Positions 16,919 to 29,026 of a stretch of 64,000 nucleotides of DNA are shown here, one piece after another (within the stretch, counting starts at the first letter, position 1; every line of letters starts with the position of its first letter). This stretch comes from Anaerolineales bacterium. Its GTDB lineage: Bacteria > Chloroflexota > Anaerolineae > Anaerolineales > E44-bin32. The translations under genes and the position numbers were made by a program. Location of the stretch: the NCBI GenBank assembly GCA_035693825.1, contig DASSGB010000207.1:384-64383 (forward strand), given 5' to 3'. Below the pieces are notes generated by a model. It was not told where the DNA came from, did no database searches, and was given only the letters and a program-made list of their open reading frames with translations.

Positions 16919-17998
16919 ATGGGCACCAAACGGGAGTATCCTCGCCCGGTGAGCTCGCTCGGGTTGGAAATGACGCCTCCAGAAACGTCCCGTGCCCATC
17001 GCTCCTTTGGCGTGGCGCTCGTCACAGGCGCCAGCGGCTTTCTCGGCTCGCGGCTGTGCCGGGCGCTATGCGCTCAAGGAGTCCAGGTCCGGGCCCTGCA
17101 TCGCTCGACCTCGTCGCTCGTCGGGTTGGAAGGTTTGCCGGTGGAAACGTCGGTCGGCGACATCCTCGACTCCTCGACTCTGGCGCCGGCCGTGCGAGGG
17201 GTGGACATCGTCTTCCACGTCGCCGCCCAATCAGACTACTGGCGAAACCCTCAAGGCGTCGTTCGGGCGGCCGCCGATGGAACGCGCAACGTCATCCAAG
17301 CCGCCGCCGACGCCCGCGTCCGACGGGTCGTGTTGACCAGCTCGGTGGGAGCGCTGGGAGTACCGCGGCGCGGCGAGCTGCTCAACGAGCAACACGCCTT
17401 CAATCTGGCCCCGCGCGCTTTTCCCTACGGCTATGCCAAGCACGCCTCCGAACAAGTCGCCCGGCGCGCGGCCGAGGGCCGCCTGGAGCTGGTGATCGTC
17501 AATCCGTCGATCGTCCTGGGGCCGGGAGACCTCAACCGCATCAGCGGTTCGATCATTCTGGAGGCGGCGCGCGGCCTGGCGTTTGTCACGACCGGCGGCG
17601 GCGCCAACTACATCCACGTCGACGACGTGGCCGACGGCCACCTAGCGGCTGCCGACCGAGGCCGCCCGGGTGAGCGCTACATCCTCGGCGCAGAGAACCT
17701 CACCCACACCGAGGCCCTGACCGCTGTCGCCCACATGGTTGGGCGCAGGGGGCCGTGGCTCCACCTCCCAGACGCGGCCATCCCGGTTGTCGCTTGGCTG
17801 ATGGACATCGCCGGGCGCTTCGCCCGCCTGCCGATGAACGCCGCCCAGATGCGCCTGAGCCGCCACCGGCTGTTCTGCGATGTGAACAAGGCACGCACCG
17901 AGCTGGGATTTGCAGCTTCGCGAAGCTTCCAGCAAGCGGCTCAGGAGGCGTATGATTGGTACCGCGCCCAGGGGATGCTCCCGGGCGCGTCGACATAG
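16919..17998 (+). CDS. NAD(P)-dependent epimerase/dehydratase-family SDR (HpnA/dihydroflavonol-reductase-like)
   Basis: VTGASGFLGSRLCRAL Rossmann motif and YGYAKHASE (YxxxK). Start uncertain: 16919, or ATG 16970 (MTPPETS). Confidence 0.8.
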   Translation: MGTKREYPRPVSSLGLEMTPPETSRAHRSFGVALVTGASGFLGSRLCRALCAQGVQVRALHRSTSSLVGLEGLPVETSVGDILDSSTLAPAVRGVDIVFHVAAQSDYWRNPQGVVRAAADGTRNVIQAAADARVRRVVLTSSVGALGVPRRGELLNEQHAFNLAPRAFPYGYAKHASEQVARRAAEGRLELVIVNPSIVLGPGDLNRISGSIILEAARGLAFVTTGGGANYIHVDDVADGHLAAADRGRPGERYILGAENLTHTEALTAVAHMVGRRGPWLHLPDAAIPVVAWLMDIAGRFARLPMNAAQMRLSRHRLFCDVNKARTELGFAASRSFQQAAQEAYDWYRAQGMLPGAST

Positions 17999-18053
17999 TC
18001 GCAGAGAGGGGATGGGCGACGTCGACACCGATCCATGAACGTGCGGGGGTGGG

Positions 18054-19193
18054 GTGTCTAGAACCAGGTCTTCGCCGAAGGTCGGCCCGGAGTCGACCCC
18101 TTTCGTCCCTCCTTATCCACCCAGCTGGTTCGATCGCTTCACCACTTGGGTGGATCGCTTGCCCGGCCCCGCCTGGCTGACCTATCTTGTAATGGCCGCG
18201 GCAGGATCTGCGCTGTTCATCCTAGCCGCGAGAACCGGCGGCGACTACCGTCCCGGTGAATTCCTCGCCTTCCACGTCTGGATCGCCGCGCAAGCCGTCT
18301 ATATGCTGGGCCTCATGCATTACCTCGACCGGTCTGCAGGATCCGCGGTGGTCAACTTCCGGTCCATGATCGACGGGCATCGGCCCTCGGCCAGATCGGG
18401 TGTCGACGACTCCACCACCTTCGCCGACCTTCGCTACCGGCTGACGACCTTGCCGCCGCGGCCGACGTGGCTGGCGGCCCTGGCCGGCGCCGCTTTTGGA
18501 TTCGCGCTTCCCTTCCTGTTCCTTGGCTCCGACGTCGCCGATCCGCGGTCGGCCGCGGTCCTCGCCCGGTTCGGATTCTCCTCCCCTTCGGTCTTCTTCC
18601 TTCGCTTCTTCCAGGCGTACTTCATCCTTATCGAAGCCGTCTCGGGCACGCTCGTATTCCACACCGTTCATCAGCTGCGCCAGATCAGTCAGGTCTATGC
18701 CTCCCAGACACGGCTAAACTTGTATCGTCTTCAGCCCTTGTATGCCTTCTCCGTTCCCGCCGGCCTGACCTCCGCCGGCCTCATCCTCTACACCTACGCG
18801 TGGTTCGGGACCGCTCCGATGCTCCTGGCCGAGCCCATCAGCCGCATGATCGGCTTCTTCTTCGTCGCCGTGGCGGCGATGACCTTCGCCTGGCCTCTTC
18901 TCGGCATCCATCGCCGCCTGGTGGATGAGAAGAAGCGTTTGCTGGCGAAGAGCGCGGAGAAGTTCGAGGCCACGGTTGCTGAATTGCATCGCAGGGTGGA
19001 CGAGAACGCCCTGAAGGCCATGGACGATCTCAACAAGACATTGAGCAGTCTGGAAATCGAGCAGACAGCGTTGAGGCGGATACCCACCTGGCCCTGGGAG
19101 CCGGGCACGCTGCGCGGCGTCATCGCCGCGCTCATCCTGCCCATCGCCATCTGGCTGATTCAACTTCTCCTCGGCCGGTGGCTGGCGGCCTGA
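18054..19193 (+). CDS. polytopic membrane protein of unknown function, paralog A
   Basis: GTG start. PPYPPSWFDRFTTWVDRLPGPAW, about 7 TM helices, then a coiled-coil (VAELHRRVDENALKAMDDLNKTLSSLEIEQ), PTWPWEPGT and a final TM. Clear paralog of the next gene. Confidence 0.6.
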   Translation: MSRTRSSPKVGPESTPFVPPYPPSWFDRFTTWVDRLPGPAWLTYLVMAAAGSALFILAARTGGDYRPGEFLAFHVWIAAQAVYMLGLMHYLDRSAGSAVVNFRSMIDGHRPSARSGVDDSTTFADLRYRLTTLPPRPTWLAALAGAAFGFALPFLFLGSDVADPRSAAVLARFGFSSPSVFFLRFFQAYFILIEAVSGTLVFHTVHQLRQISQVYASQTRLNLYRLQPLYAFSVPAGLTSAGLILYTYAWFGTAPMLLAEPISRMIGFFFVAVAAMTFAWPLLGIHRRLVDEKKRLLAKSAEKFEATVAELHRRVDENALKAMDDLNKTLSSLEIEQTALRRIPTWPWEPGTLRGVIAALILPIAIWLIQLLLGRWLAA

Positions 19194-19218
19194 GCCCAAC
19201 AGTTCCCGGGAGTCCCTT

Positions 19219-20352
19219 ATGAAGAAGCCCGTCAAGCCACGTCCCGATCCTCTGGCAGCCAAGGGCGCCCCCGTCTTCGTTCCTCCCTACTACCCCAGCT
19301 GGGTGGACCGCCTCACGCAGCGCATCGATCGGTTCCCGGGCCCCGCGTGGGCTTTCTACCTCGTCACCGGATTGTTGGCCTATCTCCTGATCAGCATGGT
19401 CCAGTGGTCCGCTGGCACGTATCCCGTGGGCACGTTCAGCCGCGTGCACGCCGTGGGGGCGTTCCTCACGCCCTACGCGCTGGGCCTGATGCATTACCTC
19501 GACGAATCGGCGAGCGCCTCAATGAAGGCTTTCCGTCCGGCCCTGCGCGCCGATGAGTCGTACCCGAGTCTGGCCTACATCCTGACCACCCTTCCGCCGC
19601 GCGCCGCGTGGTGGAGCGGCATCGCCAGCGTCGCGGTCGGCCTGGGGCTGGTGTTGACCGCCATCGTCCTCTTGCCTCATCCCGCCTCGCAGGCCGGCGG
19701 TCTCGCGCCCCTCACGGTTGGCTTCGCTCACATCTTCGAAGTCTCGCCGACGCCCTTGTCCTACGCGGTGACCCTGGCGCTGCTGGTCGTCAACTGGTTT
19801 GTGGGCGGCGCCCTCATCCTGCACACGGTCCGACGACTCACATTGGTAGCTCGACTCTATCGGCGGCACACGAACGTCGACGTCTTCCGGCAAGGACCCT
19901 TGTATGCCCTCTCGCGCCTGACGGCGCAGACCACCATCGGCGCCGCGGTTGTCCTCTACGGCATCGCCAGTGTGCCGACCTATACCGAACAGCTCCCCGG
20001 GCAGGTCATGGTTGCCGCGATAGCTCTGCTGGCGGCGGCGTCTTTTGCCTCTCCGTTGCTCGGCGTTCATCGGGTTCTGGCCACCGAGAGGGACCGCCTG
20101 ATGGAAGGGATTTCCGACAGGTTGCGTGTGGCGGGAGACGAGCTGCACCGCCGCATCGATCAGCGGCAGTACAAGGGCATGGATGAGCTCCACAAGGCCG
20201 TGGCGGCCCTCGAGATCGAACGCAACATGATCGCCGCCATGCCCACCTGGCCCTGGCAACCGGACACTTTCCGCTGGGTCCTGGCGGCGATGATCCTGCC
20301 CGTGGTCATCTGGGTGGTCCAGCTTCTCCTGGAGCGAGCGCTTACGCCCTGA
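19219..20352 (+). CDS. polytopic membrane protein of unknown function, paralog B
   Basis: PPYYPSWVDRLTQRIDRFPGPAW ... GDELHRRIDQRQYKGMDELHKAVAALEIER ... PTWPWQPDT ... VVIWVVQLLLE. Collinear with paralog A over the full length. Confidence 0.6.
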   Translation: MKKPVKPRPDPLAAKGAPVFVPPYYPSWVDRLTQRIDRFPGPAWAFYLVTGLLAYLLISMVQWSAGTYPVGTFSRVHAVGAFLTPYALGLMHYLDESASASMKAFRPALRADESYPSLAYILTTLPPRAAWWSGIASVAVGLGLVLTAIVLLPHPASQAGGLAPLTVGFAHIFEVSPTPLSYAVTLALLVVNWFVGGALILHTVRRLTLVARLYRRHTNVDVFRQGPLYALSRLTAQTTIGAAVVLYGIASVPTYTEQLPGQVMVAAIALLAAASFASPLLGVHRVLATERDRLMEGISDRLRVAGDELHRRIDQRQYKGMDELHKAVAALEIERNMIAAMPTWPWQPDTFRWVLAAMILPVVIWVVQLLLERALTP

Positions 20353-20387
20353 CCCAAACCCGTTTTGCTGCGCAAAACGGGTTTGGG
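20353..20387. repeat. GAAACCCGG-TTGC hairpin family, copy 2 (perfect 16-bp stem, directly after the stop codon)
   Basis: CCCAAACCCGTTTTGC-TGC-GCAAAACGGGTTTGGG. Confidence 0.85.
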
Positions 20388-20445
20388 TTCTCACCTCGCC
20401 TTTTGGACGGGTGACGTCCGCTGCGCGGGTGTTACGATTCGCCGC

Positions 20446-22293
20446 ATGACAAATCCGGTGATCGGGTGGCGGGCTCGGTGGGCGGCGACGCGACTCAAGG
20501 TCGGCGACGCCGCCCACAACGTGCTCCGCGCCTTTCGTCTCGTGTGGGAATCGCACCCGCCGACGGCGCTGCTGATGGGCGTCTGGACGCTGGTGGGCTC
20601 GGCTCTGCCGGCCGGGCAGGCCTGGGTGGGGAAATTGATCGTGGACGCGGTGGTCGCCTCGATCCGCGATTCCGTCGGGGCCGAGGCCGGCCTGCGCGCC
20701 ATCCTGCCTCTTCTGGGGGCGGAGTTCGCGCTGTTGTTCCTGCAGTCGGGCATCAGCCAGGCGCGCAGTCTGACCGAACACATCCTCCATTCACGCCTCA
20801 ACCTCAGCATCAACGCCCGCATCATCCGCAAGGCCCTCGAACTCGATCTCTCCCACTTCGAGAACGCCGAGTATTACGACAAGTTGCAGAACGCCCGCCG
20901 GGAAGCTGATTGGCGCGGCCTGCAGATCGTCAACGGCGGGTTCTATCTCGTCCAGAATATCCTGACGCTCTTGTCCTTCAGCGCCCTGCTGCTGCGCTTC
21001 AGCCCGTGGCTGGCGTTGATTCTGTTTCTGGCAACGTTGCCGGCCTTCGTCGCCCAGAGCAACTACGCCGATTTGACGTTCCGCGTCATCTCGTGGCGCG
21101 CCCCCGAGTCCCGCAAATTGAAGTACCTCGAGCACCTGCTCACGGACTACGAATCCGCCAAGGAGGTCAAGCTGTTCGGGCTGGGGGAGCCGCTGCTCGG
21201 CCGCTACGCCGACCTGTTCTGGAAGTTCCTGAAGGAAGACCAGGTCATTGCCCAGAAGCGCAGCCTGGCTTCGCTCGGATGGGGCTTGCTGGCAACGCTG
21301 ACCTACTACGGATCGTACGCGTGGATTGTCTTCCGCGCCGTCGGCGGAACCATCACCCTGGGCGACATGACGCTCTACCTCGGCATTTTCCGCAGCAGCC
21401 AGCAGACGTTCGAGTCGATCTTCTGGGGTCTGAGCGAGCTCTACGAGAACGGCCTGTTCATGAGCAATCTGTTCGCGTTCCTCGAACTCAAGCCCCTCAT
21501 GCCGGTGGCGGCCCACCCGGTGCGGCAGGCGCCGCGGCCGCCGCGCGGCATCGAAGTCCAGCACGTCTACTTCCGCTACGACGGTCACGAAGACGATGCG
21601 CTTCGAGATGTCAATCTGGTGATCCGGCCGGGGGAGAAAATCGCCCTGGTCGGGCCCAACGGCGCAGGCAAGACGACCCTGATCAAGCTCCTCACGCGTC
21701 TCTACGATCCCACCCAGGGACGAATCCTGTTCGATGGCGTCGACCTGCGGGATTACGACCCCGACGTTCTTCGCCGCCGGATCGGCGTCATCTTCCAGGA
21801 CTACGTTCGTTTCCATCTCACCGCCGCCGAAAACGTCGGCTTCGGCCAGATCGACGCCTTGCAGGACCGGCCGCGCATCGAGACGGCCGCCGGAAAGAGC
21901 GGCGCCCATCCGGTCATTGCTGCGCTGCCCGAAGGCTACGAGACGACTCTCGGCCGGTGGTTTTCCAAGGGCCGCGATCTCTCCGGCGGGGAGTGGCAGA
22001 AGATCGCCCTGGCCCGGGCCTTCATGCGCAGCTGCGACATCCTTGTGCTCGACGAGCCCACGGCCGCCCTCGACGCCGAGAATGAGCTGCGTGTCTTCCA
22101 GCAGTTCAAAGCGCTGACCGAGGACAAGATGGCGGTGCTGATCAGCCACCGTTTCTCAACGGTGCGCATGGCCGATCGCATCTACGTCCTCGACGAAGGC
22201 CGCATCATCGAACAAGGCACCCACGCCGAGCTGCTCGCCCAGGGCGGCACCTACGCCCGGCTGTTCACCCTGCAGGCGGAGTCGTACCGGTAG
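20446..22293 (+). CDS. ABC exporter, fused permease/ATPase (MsbA/lipid- or multidrug-type half transporter)
   Basis: Six-TM domain, then Walker [10 protein letters not shown], signature [14 protein letters not shown], Walker [14 protein letters not shown]-loop ISHRF. Start at ATG 20446, downstream of the hairpin. Confidence 0.85.
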   Translation: MTNPVIGWRARWAATRLKVGDAAHNVLRAFRLVWESHPPTALLMGVWTLVGSALPAGQAWVGKLIVDAVVASIRDSVGAEAGLRAILPLLGAEFALLFLQSGISQARSLTEHILHSRLNLSINARIIRKALELDLSHFENAEYYDKLQNARREADWRGLQIVNGGFYLVQNILTLLSFSALLLRFSPWLALILFLATLPAFVAQSNYADLTFRVISWRAPESRKLKYLEHLLTDYESAKEVKLFGLGEPLLGRYADLFWKFLKEDQVIAQKRSLASLGWGLLATLTYYGSYAWIVFRAVGGTITLGDMTLYLGIFRSSQQTFESIFWGLSELYENGLFMSNLFAFLELKPLMPVAAHPVRQAPRPPRGIEVQHVYFRYDGHEDDALRDVNLVIRPGEKIALVGPNGAGKTTLIKLLTRLYDPTQGRILFDGVDLRDYDPDVLRRRIGVIFQDYVRFHLTAAENVGFGQIDALQDRPRIETAAGKSGAHPVIAALPEGYETTLGRWFSKGRDLSGGEWQKIALARAFMRSCDILVLDEPTAALDAENELRVFQQFKALTEDKMAVLISHRFSTVRMADRIYVLDEGRIIEQGTHAELLAQGGTYARLFTLQAESYR

Positions 22294-22303
22294 GCGGGGG
22301 TCC

Positions 22304-22366
22304 GGCCCTCACCCCAACCCCTCTCCCCCTTTCAGGGACCTTCGGCCGCGGAGCGGGAGAGGGGCT
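22304..22366. repeat. G-rich palindromic element (inverted orientation)
   Basis: GGCCCTCACCCCAACCCCTCTCCCCCTTTCAGGGACCTTCGGCCGCGGAGCGGGAGAGGGGC. Confidence 0.85.
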
Positions 22367-22536
22367 AGTCACCCACTGTCGACCCACGCCACGTCCTTCG
22401 ACAAGCTCAGGACGTGGCAAGCAGCCCCGTTCTGCATCAGCCCGCGCTTCGAGACCTTCGGCAGCGCGTGGAGCAGCGTCCCTCGCTATCCGCCCGCGCT
22501 TTGACACCTTCGGCCGCGGGGGCCCAACCCTGAGGC

Positions 22537-22579
22537 ACCCCTCCCCCGCTGCGCGGGGGAGGGGATGGGGGTGAGGGCC
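22537..22579. repeat. G-rich palindromic element
   Basis: CACCCCTCCCCCGCTGCGCGGGGGAGGGGATGGGGGTGAGGGC. Confidence 0.85.
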
Positions 22580-22595
22580 ACCAACACCCCAACAA

Positions 22596-22652
22596 AACCG
22601 AAACCCGGTTTGCGGGGCAAACCGGGTTTCAACTTCCGGGTTTCGACTTCGG
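22596..22652. repeat. GAAACCCGG-TTGC hairpin family, copy 3 plus a half copy (between convergent ABC exporter and PFOR)
   Basis: AAACCGAAACCCGGTTTGCGGGGCAAACCGGGTTTCAACTTCCGGGTTTCGACTTCGG. Confidence 0.85.
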
Positions 22653-22664
22653 TCCGAATCTCGT

Positions 22665-26231
<3,567 letters not shown>

Positions 26232-26361
26232 GGCGGCTCCTGCCCCTTGCGGGGATTGCTGTCGCCCAAGTCTAGGATTCAGGCCAGGGGGCAGATAGTT
26301 AGGAAGGGCAGTGGAAACTGGAGGACAGTTGTCACGATTTGACCGGAAGCTTCAAAACCAC

Positions 26362-26582
26362 GGCCCTACCGGGGACTTGGAGCGAACTACGCGGCCCAGG
26401 TAGCTGTCGGGCGAGCGCCGGGCCCGCCCGGATGATCGTCCCGGGTGGTGCCTTCCGCCCCTCCCCCGCTCCGCGGGGGAGGGGTTGGGGGTGAGGGCCA
26501 TACCCGTCGCCCAACGTCCCCTGGGATGCGTTCCCGGCTTCAAGTCCCCTACGGGATGCGAAGCGCGATCCCCGGCAGGGCC
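26362..26582. repeat. about 220-nt nested-palindrome MITE-like element, copy 1
   Basis: Outer inverted repeat GGCCCTACCGGGGACTTGG ... CTTCAAGTCCCC...CCCCGGCAGGGCC. Middle inverted repeat GTCGGGCGA / TCGCCCAAC. Core CCCCTCCCCCGCTCCGCGGGGGAGGGGTTGGGGGTGAGGGC. The right end overlaps the last 11 codons of the prenyltransferase gene. Confidence 0.8.
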
Positions 26583-27583
26583 CGGATAATCCACGGCACC
26601 AGGAGATTCAAGGCCAGCCCGAGGACGAACATGCCGCCCGCCAGTTTGTTGTGGTAGAAAGCCGCCGCCACGTACCATAACGGCCAGACGGGGTAGTTTT
26701 CCGGCGGCTTCTCGGGCCGAGGCTCGCGGTAGATCTTCCACACACGCCGCAATCGGGGGAGGGCTGCAGCCACCAGCAGCACCCACGGCCCGAGTGTGCC
26801 GGTCAGAACCAGCGCCAGAACGATGATGTAGTAGGCAACCATCAGCCCCAGGTTGACCGACAGGGAGGCCTGCTCGCCGATCAGCACGGGGATGGTGCGG
26901 ATGCCTTTGGCCTCGTCGGCCTTGCGCTTGTCGATATGCTTGCCTATGAGCACCGTCGTCACCACCAGCGCGTAGGGAACGCACGCCCACCACACGCCGG
27001 CCGGGGGCAAGACCCCTGCCGATACGAAGTACGTTCCGCCAATCATCAGCGGGCCCCACACCAGAAAGACGCCCGGCTCGCCCAGGCCGTGGTGCTTGAG
27101 GCGGATAGGCGGCGCGACGTAGAACACGCTGATGAACAGCCCCAGCGCGGCGAAGACCAGCACCGGCCAACCGGTTCGCAAAAACAACACCAAGAGGATG
27201 AGGGCATCGACCAGGTTGAAGGCCAGGATCGCCAGGCCCAGCCCCCGGCGCGAGATCAAACCGCCCAGGATAGGGTGCGGCGCGTACTGCGCCCGCGCGT
27301 AATCCTGCGTGTCCACGCCGGCTTCCAGGTCGAAGAAGTCGTTGATCATGTTGTTGGAGGCATGAGCGATGAGCAGCCCCACCCAGGCCAGGACGAAGTT
27401 GAGCCCGTCGATTCGCCCGACGGTCGCCAGCGCCAGAAGGCCGCCGATGAGACCGGAGATGCCGGTCATCGAAAAGACGGCCGCCCGCGTGATGATCAGC
27501 CAGCGGCTGATGAAATCCATGCGCTTGCCGGCTGACAGGTTGGCGGTGTCGATGACTTCTTTCCAGTTCGCCAGGAGGGACAT
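26549..27583 (-). CDS. UbiA-family aromatic prenyltransferase (MenA-like)
   Basis: NNMINDFFDLEAGVD (NxxxDxxxD) and a second Asp-rich region, about 9 TM helices. The C-terminal ...RALPGIALRIP is encoded by the repeat element. Confidence 0.8.
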   Translation of the reverse strand: MSLLANWKEVIDTANLSAGKRMDFISRWLIITRAAVFSMTGISGLIGGLLALATVGRIDGLNFVLAWVGLLIAHASNNMINDFFDLEAGVDTQDYARAQYAPHPILGGLISRRGLGLAILAFNLVDALILLVLFLRTGWPVLVFAALGLFISVFYVAPPIRLKHHGLGEPGVFLVWGPLMIGGTYFVSAGVLPPAGVWWACVPYALVVTTVLIGKHIDKRKADEAKGIRTIPVLIGEQASLSVNLGLMVAYYIIVLALVLTGTLGPWVLLVAAALPRLRRVWKIYREPRPEKPPENYPVWPLWYVAAAFYHNKLAGGMFVLGLALNLLVPWIIRALPGIALRIP

Positions 27584-27640
27584 CGAGGACTCCGTCGGTC
27601 AGGTGCGCTTCAAGTGTAACAGGCTGAGCGTTCGGAAATC

Positions 27641-27673
27641 GAAACCCGGTCTGTTGCGCAGGCCGGGTTTCGC
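27641..27673. repeat. GAAACCCGG-TTGC hairpin family, copy 4
   Basis: GAAACCCGGTCTGTTGCGCAGGCCGGGTTTCGC, between two same-strand (minus) genes. Confidence 0.8.
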
Positions 27674-27681
27674 ATTTCAAC

Positions 27682-28920
27682 TTAGGCTGGGCGACTTCGA
27701 ATCCAAAGGTAGCCGCCCACGAGCAGGATAGCCAAGAGCGCGGCGACGGTCGCGACCGAACTCGGGTCGTCGCCGTCCGTCGACGCAGGCCGGGTCGCAG
27801 CCGGGTGCGCCGTGGGCGAGGCAGCAGCCGTAGGACGAGCGGTTGCAGCCTCTGTCGGCGTCGAGGGCGGTTCGAAGCTCGGCTGGGCGCGAGCGGCCAG
27901 GAACCAACCGGCCGCCAGGGGATCCGTCTTGAAGAACGCCATCAACAGGCCGGCGACCTTCTCCCGTCCGCCGGGAGAGGGATGGGTGCAGTCTTCCGTC
28001 AGATCCTCGGGCGTCCAGATCAACCCGTCGGGGCGCGGGTTCATGCCGTCGACCCACAAGTATGGTCCCCAGACGAGAACAGGAGCCACGACCTCTCCCC
28101 TTTCCGGATCGAAGTTGAGCTCAGCCTCGCCGTTGATTTGCTCTTCGATCAACCAGCGCACGGCAAATCCGGTTTCGAACGCGACCGGCTCCGGGCTGAT
28201 GCCGCGGTCATACAGAAAGGATCGTGTGCGACTCGACAGGAAGGCGATGCGCAAGTTAGGAAAGCGGCTCTTGAGATTTCGGACGATGTCTCCCAACGCG
28301 GCCTGCAGCTCGCGGGCCTTGTCGGGGAAATCTCCGCCCCCGAGCAGCGTCTGTTTGACCCAGGCGACTTGTACTTGAAGATGCGTGACCTCCGCTCGCT
28401 CCAGCCGGGCGTCGAGCTCCGTCCAGGCGAGGGCCTCCGAGTTGACCCAGCGATCCGCCGTCTGCCCACTGAGCGCGCCGTTGGTGATCGTCAGACTTGG
28501 ATTGATCTCCGGATCCCCGTGCCCCAGGTCCATGAAGCCCTGGAATTCCATCTGGGCGTTGGACATGCCCACGGAGATCAGAACGATTCGGCCGCCTGAA
28601 GGATCGGGGTCTCCCTGCGAGTTAAGCGGGGTGATCCGAGCCGCGGCTTCCAGGGCAGCGGCTGCGTGCGCGGCCGACGGCACGTTGGACCCGTTTGGAT
28701 ACAGGCCTCCAACATAGCCCGTCGCTCTTCCATCCATGCGGATGTACTCCGCTGCCTCCAGTTGGGGAAGCGGCAGGCTGACGTCGCGGTGCACGCCAGC
28801 GCAGACTTCGCGGGCGCGTTCGCGCTCCGAATGCGCGGATACAGGCGAGGTCGGCCCCAGGCGATACAAAAGCCCTATGGCGGCGATCAAGCCGGGAAAG
28901 ACACGGATCAAGGAACGCAT
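27682..28920 (-). CDS. secreted protein, possibly SGNH-hydrolase-like, with Pro/Thr/Ala-rich linker and C-terminal TM anchor
   Basis: N-terminal signal (LIAAIGLLYRL...SAHS), ISVGMSNA / NGALSGQTA / CTHPSPGG blocks, linker PSTPTEAATARPTAAASPTAHPAATRPAS, then VATVAALLAILLVGGYLWIRSRPA. Confidence 0.45.
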   Translation of the reverse strand: MRSLIRVFPGLIAAIGLLYRLGPTSPVSAHSERERAREVCAGVHRDVSLPLPQLEAAEYIRMDGRATGYVGGLYPNGSNVPSAAHAAAALEAAARITPLNSQGDPDPSGGRIVLISVGMSNAQMEFQGFMDLGHGDPEINPSLTITNGALSGQTADRWVNSEALAWTELDARLERAEVTHLQVQVAWVKQTLLGGGDFPDKARELQAALGDIVRNLKSRFPNLRIAFLSSRTRSFLYDRGISPEPVAFETGFAVRWLIEEQINGEAELNFDPERGEVVAPVLVWGPYLWVDGMNPRPDGLIWTPEDLTEDCTHPSPGGREKVAGLLMAFFKTDPLAAGWFLAARAQPSFEPPSTPTEAATARPTAAASPTAHPAATRPASTDGDDPSSVATVAALLAILLVGGYLWIRSRPA

Positions 28921-29026
28921 GGGTCAGGCGGATAAGGATACCCCACCCAACTTCGGCGCCCTCGCAGGCGCGGTATGATCACCGCCCCGATGCGGCCGCG
29001 TTTTCGGCCGTACCCCAGGTGCCGGC

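Noticed and set aside
26536-26582. tRNA-like T-arm sequence (GCTTCAAGTCCCC; also TTGATTCAAGTCCCC at 54535..54549)
   Set aside because: No complementary 5' half of a T-stem, no acceptor or anticodon arms, and no CCA context. The motif is the terminal inverted repeat of the MITE-like element, occurs in both orientations, and lies partly inside a CDS.
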